Assembly: GCA_036172245.1 (NCBI GenBank)
Contig: JAYWIR010000004.1
Coordinates: 6,634,001-6,698,000 of the forward strand
Length of the DNA stretch: 64,000 nucleotides
Source: Raillietiella orientalis
Lineage: Eukaryota
Direction of reading: 5' to 3'
The notes beneath the pieces were generated by a model, which was given only the letters and a program-made list of their open reading frames with translations, made no database searches and was not told where the DNA came from. Numbering within the stretch: the stretch's first letter is position 1; every line of letters begins with the position of its first letter. The position numbers and the translations under genes were made by a program. This document shows positions 48,464 through 60,559 of this stretch, in pieces.

Positions 48464-50665
48464 CTTTCACCAGGGTAAGCCGGGGCTTTTATTATTAAAA
48501 CACATTTTTACAATTCTTAATTGCTGTCAATTATTGATTAGTTGTATTTGTGTTCCTGTCAGAACACATTGTTCGTATTTCTTATGCACTTGTTTTCCGA
48601 CTTGAGTGCAGGTAAGGCCTTCTCCACTCGCGAAGGGGACGAGAAAAAGAAAAACAAAAAACGAAAAACGAAAAAAACGCTTGGGGGACGATGTTCATGG
48701 GGAGGGGAGGGAAGGTAAGGGATCACTGTTCGCCGAGGGGAGGCCTCTGCATCTGGTTCCGGATGCGAACAAGTGCTGGCAGAATTTTACTCAGCCGGCG
48801 CCTACGGGAAGCCTTTTCCATGGAGATGACCGCCCAGTGGATGGCATTCCGACTACTGTGGCCTCTTATTGACGCGTTCCACTTGTCCAATATTCCCCGT
48901 ATGCAGCAGAGAACTGCAACACACGCGGCACCTGGCAGGGAGTTCCGCATCAAGAGGCGACGAAAAATATTTTTAGGGTCGCCCACCGGTACGCTTATGG
49001 CCGACGAGAGTCGATCCACCTGCGGCGGAGGGCGACACACTCGATTAGTAAGTGGGAGAATTTCTCCGTTTTCCCGCACTCTGTACAATGGGCATCCAAT
49101 CTCCCCAATGTCCAGTGAGACAGGCGTGCTCTGCTCATAAGTCTCCAATGGAGCACAAGCAGCGCCGTCTCCTGCCAATCCAAAGGGAGGGTGCCACTGT
49201 CCCAATATGCCGGTAGCCACTTCACCTCCTCCGGAGGCATGCCGAGCAGCTCGCTCCAGCGCACAATTCCATTTGGCGGGACACTCGGGGTTGTAGCGTC
49301 CGCTAGTTCCCGGGACGTCCACACCTTCATTAGTTTTTTCCTGCCTCCGATGAGGCAGGATACTTCATAAGAAGCCTCCTCTTGGCTGTCCCTGGCTTCT
49401 ATGAGAAAGGGCAGCACGGGGGCAAGGGGGGTGAATGAAGCCCACAAAAGCTTTTGTGGGTTGGAAACGATCTCCAGCAGGGGCTGGCCAGCGTTCCTGC
49501 CTCGACGAAGATAGAAGTCCACTTCGCTGGAGCCGTTGATTTTTGCCCACGCGGAAACGGACTCCTGGAGCCAGGAAGTCCAGTTTGCGGGGCTGCAGGA
49601 GATCCACGGGTTGCTCCTCACCAGGGCCACCAATTCCCGTAGCTGAAACCCACAATGGTACAGTCTACAGTCGTTGGCCACTAGGACTGAAGTCAATCCG
49701 TCGCAGCCGGTTGCCCTGCGGGCGAGGAGTCGTATGGGCGCACACCATGGTGCTGTCCAATATTTTGCCGCAAGGGCAAGTTTCCTTAGTTGTAGCTGAC
49801 GCTCCATGCGCTCCAACGTCAGGAGACCAAGTCCACCGTCCCTGCGTGGAGCGTACATGTCTTTAAGTCGGACGCGGAGCCTCCGGTTACCCTAAAGGGC
49901 TTTCCTGATGAGGCCCCTTGTCCGTGTTCTAATTTGGGGAGGGGCGGGGCACACAAAAAGTAGAGGGCGAAGGAGGGGGGCCGCAAAGGCGCTCCACACC
50001 GCGACCCGTTCCCGCAAGTAAAACTTGCCGTCCCGGAACGGGCCGATCGCTAACTCCACCTTTTGAAGACGGTCGGACCCGGCTTCTGCAATGCAGAAGT
50101 CCCCCAACAGAACGCCAAGGTACTTGATGTACCTGCCCGTGGGGATCCTCAAGCGGATCCAGTCCGACCGTCCTACCCGCGACGAGTCCGAGAAGATGAT
50201 CGACGACTTCTCCCTGTTCACCTCCAGGCCCGTCCCGCGGCACAGCAGCTCGAATAAATCCTCGAGCGCCGATGCCGGGGTGGACCCGGGGAGCAGGAGC
50301 AGAAGGTCGTCGTCATAGGCCGACGCGGCAGGAGTGCAGGGACAAGAGCTCGGCAGGGTTGCCAAAGTCTCCCTGTATGCTCTCAGCACCAACTCAAAGT
50401 AGATGCTGAAGAGTAGGGGGCTGAGGCTGTCGCCCTGCCGGATGCCGCGACGAACCGGCACGCCGTACACGTGCCGGCCGCTGAAACAAATATTGATGTA
50501 TGCGAAGCGCCAGCAGGAGCGCAGGTGGGCCAGGAAGTCGGCCGGAAATCCCATGCGTTCCAGAAGCTCCAGGAGGAGTTCCTGGTTGACGCAGTCGAAA
50601 GCTTTACGCAGATCGACTGCGACCGCAAGGGCTCCGGGCGCCGCTTCACCCCTTCGGCTCAACCA
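48464..50665 (-). mobile_element. 5'-truncated L1/Tx1-clade non-LTR retrotransposon, copy 2 (most of RT + C-terminus)
   Basis: RT motifs DLRKAFDCV, RGIRQGDSLSPLLF, AYDDDL, GLEVNREKS and KYLGV (ORF 49892..50785); one in-frame TAG at 49892-49894; YAPRRDGGLG and CTECGKTEKFSHLLIEC (ORF 48995..49858); frameshift near 49015. TSD AGAATCAACCAAGAAAT at 48447-48463 and 50666-50682. Confidence 0.96.
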
Positions 50666-52039
50666 AGAATCAACCAAGAAATAAACTGACCCATTCATGC
50701 CATTTTTAATACTTGATGTGGATTGGGAGAAGAATCCGTAGGTGCATTTTTCTCCCAAAGCGACTTTATTTTCTAAATAAACCACTTTGAAAGTTGATTC
50801 AATTTTATTTATTTATCATGAAATTGGTGCTACTTTAGCGGACTGACCTCAATTAAGGGTTTCTTTTCAAGAGCGCATTCTTATTTTTTTTAGGAACTCC
50901 TATGTTTCAGAAAAGCTGAAAGTCGTGAGGAAAACAGCGAACTTGCTATGACCCTTTCAATCATTGCAATGTTTACCAAAGATATCAGGCGGTTTTGGAG
51001 CTATGAATGCTACGGATGAGGGCATCTCGATCAACATCTCTCCTGGTTTCCGTTCTTAATCTTTCGTGCTCTCACTTTAAGAAAACCTCGAAGGCATCAT
51101 CTTCATCTGAATTCACTTAACCCACTCGAGTACACGGTTGAGTTGTATTTCGACATGGGAAATATTTTTAACATAATAAAGATTAATTAATTAAGGGGTT
51201 CAACTTCAACCATGAACATGTTTTTTCATGAATTAATTGAAGGGTTCATCTCCATTATTTTTTTCCTTTTAAAACCATGAACATGCTGAGGTCAACCTTG
51301 ACTGATGTTGGTCTGTACGACTGAGTGTTAACAAAACTCCAAAGTACCTGGCTGCGGCCATTGAGCTTCCTCTTCTTTTGCAATTCACCGGATATAGTCG
51401 GCATGAAATATAATCTTATCTTGTTAATCCATTAGTTGCAAAAAGAAGATCATGTTAGGAAAAAGAAAAAAAAATACGACCTCATTATGAGGGCGGAAGA
51501 GTTTTTGGAAACAGGCAAGATGCCGAAAAGAAACGAACTTTTAGAGAAAATGTACTTTTACTGTGTGTAAGCTGAACGTTACGCACGAAAACTTGAAATA
51601 TCCGAATTCCAAGAACAGTGGAATACAAGCAGTTTCATTTTTAGATGGTTAACTCGGAATAGCATTAAAATTCCCGGAAAACTCCTTCCGATCAAAAGGC
51701 TCAAGTCTTTCGCAGCTCAACACAGGGCACGTTCTTCTCTTTGAGATATATTTATTCTCTCGATCACCTTTCAGAAGGATGTTGTTGACCCGTTCGGTTT
51801 ACATTCTTCTGACAGGCATCTTCATTTCTCGTCTTAATTATAGCATTGAAAATCTGCAGACGATTCAAAAGAGGCGGCTTTTTTTTCTTCTTTTACATCA
51901 CAGGCAGCTTTTACATTCACCGAATAAAATATTATGTAAAGTTTCTGCTTGCTTCAAATCGCACCACAAATGTAGGCAACACTGAGCTCGCTTAACGCCA
52001 GCTGGTTTTATTCTTCAGTCTTCATTAACTTAACAGTTT

Positions 52040-52620
52040 TCTCTTGAATCCAACCAACAGGTGTTTAAGACTGTGGATGTTGGTCTTACAAATAAAAGCG
52101 TTTTCCCAGGATAGATTCTTGGTTTGGTTGATTGCATGCTTGCATGCAGTCACAATATGGATTATTCGCTTATGCCAAAGCCTAGCTTTGTATTCTAACG
52201 TGATGGTAGGGAAATTTAAACCACGACCTGAAGCATTGGCTACGTTCCTTGTGAAAGTTTTATAAAGTAAGCACTCCCTATATAGCCCTCCACTATGTAA
52301 GCACTCCCTTATTCCCTCATTTGTACCAACAGAATTTCTTTAAAAGCTCTCGCATCAAAAGTTCTCGCATCAGCTGGAAGTACCGGAATGTGCATTTCAA
52401 CTGAACTTTGTTTCGTTCCAAAATCATCAACTGATCATTTGACTGCCTACTTATACTTGAGCAAGTAACACAACAGTTAACTGGTCAGTTTATATGTTAT
52501 GAAGCAGAAGCGTACGTGTTCCTCACCAGAACTCCTCCTGGACTATCCGTTTCACAGAGCTTGCAGGAGATTTGTAATCTGTCGATCTCTGAATGATTGA
52601 AACATTTCCTGAAAGTCTAG
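52040..52620 (+). pseudogene. Decayed WD40 + SOCS-box gene (WSB1-like), 3' part
   Basis: WD-like RCLRLW, AFSQDRFLV..AVTIW (ORF 52044..52265) and KVLASAG, then TPPGLSVSQSLQEICNLSI (~52531-52590; recalled WSB1 TPRQVPSLQHLCRMSI). Confidence 0.55.
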
Positions 52621-55600
52621 AGAAGACGCAGTAATTCTCCGAACTGGAAGTAGGCAGACGAACGATCTCTGAGACCACCTTACAAATAGAGGGCATAGAT
52701 CATGTCCCTGTACCAGTCTTACTATGATTCAGCTAGTTGAATTCAGAGTATCAAACTTTCCAACATTTTGTTTTTACTGACATCTAGAAAACAGGAGCGT
52801 ACAGCTTGTCTGCTATGTTCCTTACAGCAGTGTTCTCGGATTTTGAACTGCTGTTTGCAATGCCGTTCTTTGGTAATTACTTTCTCTTTAGTGGGTTCTC
52901 TCTTCATCATCTTTCTTAGGAGTTCTGTTCCCTGTTCTTAGGATCCTCATGATACTCGATTGCTCTCCCTCTTCCCTTTTTCTTTCCTCCGGAAGAGTTC
53001 CGTTCGTAAGTACAATTCTTAAAGGAAAAAAAAACAGATTAGATATTTCATTTTGTGATGCAAGTTTCGAAATGGCTCTGTACAGTACCATTCGAGAAAC
53101 TGCCATTACAATACAGCAATGGATCAGTAACTCATAGATCTCACTGCTGAGAACCGTAGCTTCTTCCATATCAGCACTTTAGTCAACCAGTAATCTCAGT
53201 TGGCTCCACTGTGTGTTGTTAATGAAGGAGGGAGAGATTGACCCAGCAGCAGATTCAATAGCAGATTCATCGATGATTCTGTTGATCTGGGTCTATCAGA
53301 TAATGTCGAAAAATTCCCATGTTGATGTTTTGTCTCTAATGGAGAAATTTTTAAGTCTAATGCAGCGTTCAGTAACTGGCAAAGCAAAGAAACATTTACC
53401 AGTACAGACATAAAGCTCTGCTTTATAAAAAGCTAAAAATGAAACCTCAGCTAGTAAATAATTTAAAGCTTATTATTTCCTGTCTCTTTAGTTCCGACAA
53501 TTTCCTAAAAATATGTTCTATTATATTTTCAAGGACTCCACTCAACCCGATCGCCCCCATCATCAATCACGGAAGACTACATATTAATGGAACATATTGC
53601 ATACTTTGTTCATAAATCAAAGCTCATTTCGATGCTCTCTATAAGATGCAACTGCTGTGTGTTGTGTGAACTTCCGAATAGTGCAGGATGTCTTGTACCC
53701 ATGATCTGCTCAAAGGTCCTACGTATATGCGCGATTAAATAGAGAGCAGTTGAACGCTCTCTGTTTAATAGAGAACGCTCCTGTTTTCTAGAAAAATTTG
53801 TTGGAGTTTATCAGTCGCAGATCCAAGTTATGGGACTCCTTTTCTCTTCTTTGGATTCAGAAGCGTTATAGACATTGAAGAAAAACTATTTACATCTTCC
53901 TTACCAATTAAAAGTATTTCACAATTGCGTCCTAAAAAAAAAATAGCTGTGAAATAACATGGAAATGCTAGCAGATTAAACTAAGGATCGACCGTGGTGA
54001 GACACTGGCAGTCTGATTGATTTTGGATGTTATTTTATAGCATTTAATCCACGTACATGAGGTTCTACAAATATTCATTCAATTTAAAAATAATAATCGA
54101 TGTATATTACAGGGCATAAATATATTTAATCAGTTCATTATTTTACAAGATACATTTAACAGATACATACATTTTATATAATCTTTATGATTTTATTCTG
54201 AAATAAGAATGAGATCCGAATTAAGATTCTCCTCTCCGAATTCATCTCCGAATGAGAATTCTGAAATGCATTGATTTATGGATACCACAAATGTATATAA
54301 TGTTAATATGCATGATGGTCCATGATTAGTAGCCAGCAAGGGATGATATTTAATGCATCCAAAAAAGTTAATCACGATACGTTTCCCTCTAAAAATGAAT
54401 CTGTATGTAAAGTTTCTTATAGTTTCCATGACTTATAAATAGTTAAAGGATTCTTTCATTGCGTATGGCTCACAAACAAGAAAGCCATGGGCGAATGTTT
54501 GTGGCAATAGCACTCTGTCATCAGTCAGTCATTTTTTCATAATATTTGGAGATTTCTAGAATGAAGATCAGCAATTTGAAGTGCCTACTGAAATGACAAA
54601 GGATGCTGTTCATCCCTGGGTGCATCACTTCTCAGCTGCTAAGGGATGATACTAGATCTAGCATCCAGTGTAAGGTCAGAGTAACTAATAATGCCGAATA
54701 AATCGTTCTTTCTAAGTAGGTTTTATTCATACTAAGATGCGCAAGAGTTAGAGAAGGAAACTGGAGCTGCTTTCCAGAGCATTCTAACAAGAATCTAAAA
54801 AACTGCGAAACGATGGAGTCAAAATCGTAAAAGTCTTAAAGGAAGGCAAATCTGACAAAGTGCTCTTTGGGAACGTTTCTCTTAGTAGCCCATTTGCAGC
54901 TTTTCTAATTTTCCGAAAAGGAAAAGATCGTAAAAAAAAAAAAAAAATGAATTCAGAAGAAAAAACTGCTTATTTTCAAGAAAGCTAAAGAGCATCTTCT
55001 CGGAGATGAGCTGTTGATTGCATTTTTTGTTTGCGAATGCCCCTGTGAGAAGACAGCTTGCCAGGATTGTTAGCAGATTAAAGATGAAATGAATAGTCGC
55101 GACCTCGACCATTCAATTGCCTAATATATTGCCTGTTTTGTATACACACAAAAGTGCTCCTTCCAGTTGGGTTTTTAATCCTAGGGATTTCTAGGTAGGG
55201 TGTGATACTTTGCTTAATTCCCAGTCGTCCTGGTGGATGTTCGGCTTTCTCCGCGCAGATATGCATATCTATGTATACATAAATAACCTGACACGCATAT
55301 ATTTCATCTGTGTATGTATGTGCATGTGTCTCTCTGTTTGCATATGCGGACAGCCTTATGTAGCCAACTGATGTTCTTGTTGCTTGTCGGAAGAGAAATT
55401 ACGAGACACGCATGTGACGAAAGACGAAGGAAGGCAGTTCACTTGATTGTGTATCGTAGCTACAGTACAGGTGGCAAGCAACCAATGAAGAATCGAGAGG
55501 CAGGGGAAAAGAAAAGAAACATGAAGCTTTCGAAATGCATTCATGGAATCGGATTAGGATTCAGAGCTCATTTTTCAATTATGCAACAACTCCATAAGCC

Positions 55601-57344
55601 CAAGTGAGGCCAAAATGCCATTTGGAAAACGAGCTGCCTGGAAGAGAAACAAGCTTGTTCGGTTCCGTTTGAGTTGCTGTGCACATAAGTGAACACACAG
55701 AAATCAGCAGATCTAAGCTTGCAAAAGTATAAACAGATATCCTGGCATAATTTCTTCAAACCCTCCGTGTTCTAACACTAAGAAAACACTTGAAGCAAAT
55801 CCAAAGAGGCAGGGAAGAGCTGGGAACACGAGATGAACGATTTAGAAGGAAAAGCTTCTTGAAGTAAACACAGTGACTGATTTTTTTTTTTTTTTGCATG
55901 TGGCCTATTCGCAAACTGCATGCACGCAGTAGATGGCAAAGGCTATCGTCAGAATTGCAATCGTGAGATTCGAGTAATGGATTTCAGGAAGCTGCATAAA
56001 ATTCATGCAGTTTTCTATAAAAATTCAGCGAAGACATCCCATAGATCAGCCTTGGGGATCGTATGTCAAACGCAATAGCGAATAACACGACATCGGCTCT
56101 CGATACCGCATCCATCCACCTGCCTGAGAAAACTTTTTGTAGAAGCTCACGAAGCTATTTAAGTCTTATGGAAACAGTATCACGGACCAAAGAGGACATA
56201 CCATATTTCGGAGGACCTAAAAAAAATACCAAGACGATCCGAAGACGCTCTTCAAAGAATATCAAGTATTGGTCGTACATCAAAAAAATGAGGATGTCAA
56301 CAAAAATTGCACCACACACTTTTGGCTTTGTAACCGAGGCAGCTGGCAGTTGAATCGAAGGCAATTACGCCCGAAGTCTAGCAAGACCTCGATGATTAGA
56401 TATAATGAGGTCGTAGTGAAGCGCTGATGCTGAGAAAATGAAGTTAAAAAAAAAAGGAGAGAGATGAGAAACCAGGAAGAGTTAATTAACAGAAATCAAT
56501 AACTCAAATCATCAGGAAATCCTGCAGCTAGAGTAGAAGTGGAGTTCATAGTGCACTTGGTCAGATGAAAGAGCTGAAAAGCACTGTGTAGAGTATTTCA
56601 TGAAGAGTTACCGAATGCAATCGCATGAAAAGGCAAGAGAAAGAGAGAATGCATCTCTTTCGTGCCTTTTTGGATCCATCCATTCGGGATCTTAGCGAGG
56701 AATCTTCCAAACTTTGGGGTTCTATTCTGCAGTTTTGGTGATTGCTTCTCACGATACAAGTTTGGAATTCCTAAAACACTGGATATCAAAAAGTCAGAGA
56801 TGGAGTGGACATAAATGTATCCTAATTGAGAGTAAGCACCCTGGACGCCCCCCAAGTTGACGGTCGGAACAACCGTTTTCGGAACGGGTCGGCATCAACA
56901 TGTGATAGCAAGGGTGTTCACCCTCGAGAGATACCAGAAGCACTTCTTGATTTGCTTCTTAAGCATTGGAAGGTGACACTACGATGAGACGGTGACGTGG
57001 GAATACTTGATGACGCTAGACGGAAAATAGGAGCATTATGGTGTGATCAGTGCGTGCTGAAGCTCGAATTCCTTTGCATAAAATCCGAGGGAAAGGACCT
57101 GGAGTTCTTGAAGAGATCTCCAGAAGAGATTAGACGGCATTTTTTTCGTTCCTCAAAATTTGCAGAAATCAGGCAGCTCACGAAAGGAAAGGAAAGACGT
57201 TGGGAGGATGTGGCGAAGTTACCCGAAATCCTGACGTGGAGCAAACTCAGTCTTGCGGGAACCGGGAATAAAAGGGAAAGAGGAAAAATGAAAACAACTG
57301 ACAGAACCTTTGTTATCGAAGTGCCCGTCCTCAAAGGGAGAGAC

Positions 57345-57660
57345 GAAACCAAGAACCAGCAGAGTTCTTTTCAAGGATCTGGCTTCCCCGATAGATGATG
57401 TTTGCTTGTGAAGACACTGAGATGCCAAGCGAGGTGAAAGCCATCTATATGGATTTCAAAGTGGGAAGGTTTCTTCCGCGAGTCTAAGGAGATGAAAGAC
57501 AACTCCGCGGAGGCGTGTTGCCATCCGAAAGCGAGAGCACTACACGAAGGGTTGTACCTGTTCCTCAGGCAACGACCAAGAACCAAGTTCACTGGAGCAA
57601 AAGCGAAGAGTTCGAACGAGCTGCTGCAACAATTTGCAAGACGAACAGCTCTCAATTTTC
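57345..57660 (+). pseudogene. TAF13: Decayed TAF13 (TFIID subunit 13)
   Basis: RVLFKDL/MMFACEDTEMPSE (RLFSKELRCMMYGFGDDQNPYTE), then EGLYLFLRQRPRTKFTGAK..NELLQQFARR (ORF 57492..57716; EDIVFLIRKDPRKFARVK..NEELKRARK). Confidence 0.78.
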
Positions 57661-58596
57661 TTAACCTTCTGCTTCCCCAGACACAAAAGCAACTCCCTCG
57701 CTCCTCCTCTTGCTAGGTGGTTTCTAAAAGTGCTCGAAAATCGTATGCTCTGGAAGTAACCTCCATTCCTTCTTCACTTTCAAGATTTACTTTCCTTCGA
57801 AATCTATCTTATCTTCGAAATCAATCTATCATGCCTACATAAGTACGCAGAATTGTGGCGTTAAACTCGGACAGATCCCACGAAACAGCGCAATTGGAGA
57901 ATCAAATCCAAACGCAGTCTCCATAGCAAATAGAAGGGAGGAAACATGGGCAGAGCCCATTCTTCGAAACATGCAGCCTTAGATTTCCGAACAATCCTCT
58001 CATACTTCCGGAATCTTCGATTCCTTGAGATCGACAGATGCCACAATGAGACGACTGGAAGAGACAAATCAGGATTTGTTCTCCGTGCTCGGTAAACGAC
58101 ATGGAGCGATCCTGGCTTTTGCCGCCCTTGCGTCACTTGATACCCGTTCTCTTGATTCCAAGTACTCCCCCCTCCCCTTTTCCTCTTTGGCCATGTCCAC
58201 TGCTGCTTTGCTCTTTCCCGTCCAAAGGCGTGTACCTGATTTCGTTGCTCAGAAATGCTCATTCCCCTTTCTCTGGAGCACGCTGGTTTTCTACGGCTTT
58301 GTGATACAAACACTCGTGATGCATGTCGTTAGTGATTCGGGATGACAAACCTTAAATGATAGGGTTTTCTGAAACTCGACTCATCCCAACGAAGACTGGA
58401 TGGAATTTGTTCTGGCTACATCCAGAAACAAATGTGCCCCATCCCGAGATGATCCGAGATCTTTGATCCTGTCCGTTTCCGAGACCTTAAAAGCGAAGCA
58501 GAGGCATCCATCCATACATGAAATGCGGAACAAATTCTTTTCGTTGGAGGTCTGAGAACCGCAAGTCATTATGGTCTTCCGTCTCTGTTGAGCTGT

Positions 58597-60230
58597 TTCT
58601 CACCCGGGTGCGCCGGGGCGTTTATTTCTAAACTATCCAGGAACAGAGTTCCCGGACAAAGGACACAGAAGAAACGAAGGGGGGGAATCCCCGACACGCA
58701 GACCGGTAAACCGAAAGTCCGGAAAGGGAGGGAGGGGACCACAAATACACATATAAAAAATAGAAATAAAGATATGGGGAGGGTAGGGGACAGGGGTCTT
58801 TGGTTTGGCCGTTCCTTTCTTTCAGAACCGGTTATGGATGCCGGTGATCTCGCTCCTAACGCCCTCTGAAAGATGGGCCCACTCGACTGCCGACGTCATG
58901 CTTGCGCTGGCTAAACCGGTGGGCTGACGAAGGATGGCCAGCTTCTCCAACTCTCGGTGGGCCTTGTCGATGGCGCGGGTGCAACACACGGTTGCAACGA
59001 CAGCACCTAAAGAAAGGCCGCCTGGCGTGAAGAAGCGGCGCATCAAGTCTCTCGCGGTGTCCCCCTGGTGCAGGAGAGCTGAGGCCAGTCTCCGCCACAG
59101 TCTTTGGAGGACACCGCAGTCCAAGAGCAGGTGCGGGAGCGTTTCCACGTCCCCGCACCGTTTACAGTTCGGGGAGACAACTCCCCCGGAAACACGGTTC
59201 GTCCGCTGGTTGGAGTGAAAACCCCAATGCACCAGCATGATGACGTCCTGCTTCCAAGAAAGGGGGAACACAGAAGTGTTCAAACAGGAGGGAAGGACCA
59301 CAAGTTCTTCGGAAGGCACACTCAATAGTTCGCTCCACCGAAGGAATCCTTTCGGGATGGTGCGAGGCGTGGCGGCGTCTGCCAGCTTGCAAGTCCTCCA
59401 GCCGCCTATGGGTCGGGTTGCTCCTGCGATGGTGCAGACGACCTCCCACCTCACCGGTAGGCAGCTGTCATCTCTTGCCCTGAGGGCTGAAAGCGCGTCG
59501 GCGAGGGGCGTGACGGCCAGGCGAGTCCGCTTCTCCTGGATGTTCCGGACCTTATCCACCGTGCAGTACAGGGAGAGGTTGGCGCAACAAAGTTCCAAGA
59601 GCGAAACATTCTGTTGCTTTGCCCAGGCATGCAACGATTCCTGCCGCCAGGCGTCAAAGTTCTTTGGGCGGAAGGAGACCCATGCGTGGGCTACCAGGAG
59701 CCGGTAGAGAGGTTTCAAGGAGAAACCGAAGCTTCTCGTGGTGCGCTCCGTATGCGGCGGGAGCGACAGAAGGCCATCGCTGCCGGTGCAGCGCCGCAGG
59801 AACAGGCGCGCGGGAGCGCACCACGGAGTGGACCAAAGGTTGGCGCACAGGGCCAACATCCGAAGCTGCACCTTTAGCTCGATTCTCTCCAGCGTCAGGA
59901 TGCCCAAGCCGGCATCCTGACGCGGAGCCGCCAAGTCTTTGAGGCGGATCCTGGACCTCGCAGGTCCCCACAGAGCGTTCCTCAACAGGCTTTGTGCCTG
60001 GAGCTTGGCCGAGTAGGGGGGCGGGCAAACAAAAAGCAGGAAGCGCGAGAGGGGGGCAATGAAGGTGTTCCATATCGTGGCCCGCTCCGGCAGGACGAAC
60101 CTGCCATGGTGGAACGGGCTCAGAGCATTCGTAGCCTTCCGAAGGCAGTCCGACCACGCTTCCACTGGGCTGGTGTTCCCCAGCGGGACGCCTAAGTATT
60201 TGAAAGACTTAGCACTGGAGCTGGAGTTCC
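58597..60230 (-). mobile_element. 5'-truncated L1/Tx1-clade non-LTR retrotransposon, copy 3 (uninterrupted ORF2 C-terminal half)
   Basis: ORF 58822..60258 is open from FKYLGV through LAAPRQDAGLG to CKRCGDVETLPHLLLDC..LW; TSD GT(T/G)GAGCTGT at 58587-58596 and 60231-60240 (9/10); terminal motif at 58601-58626. Confidence 0.94.
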
Positions 60231-60559
60231 GTGGAGCTGTGTTGAGAAAAGATAACACACGAAAGGTGTGTTATCTTTAATTTATCTATCACCACCTTCC
60301 GTGTGTTATGCTGCACGCCTCCGTGTACACACATCTTCATATAAAGAAACATCACCCATTTTTATCTGAAAGTACAGTAGACAACAAGGACGGCTGGAGA
60401 CCCACGCATTCAAAACTAGGGGTTTTTTGTTTTCAGTTTGAGTCCGAAAGCATGTGCGGCCAATTACAATTCGATCCCGGCTTGAGTGCTCGACACCTTA
60501 CTCGTGTTAGCACATCTGTAAAGGGGTCCGGAAAGAGTGGAGAAGGGGATGAGGGATGA

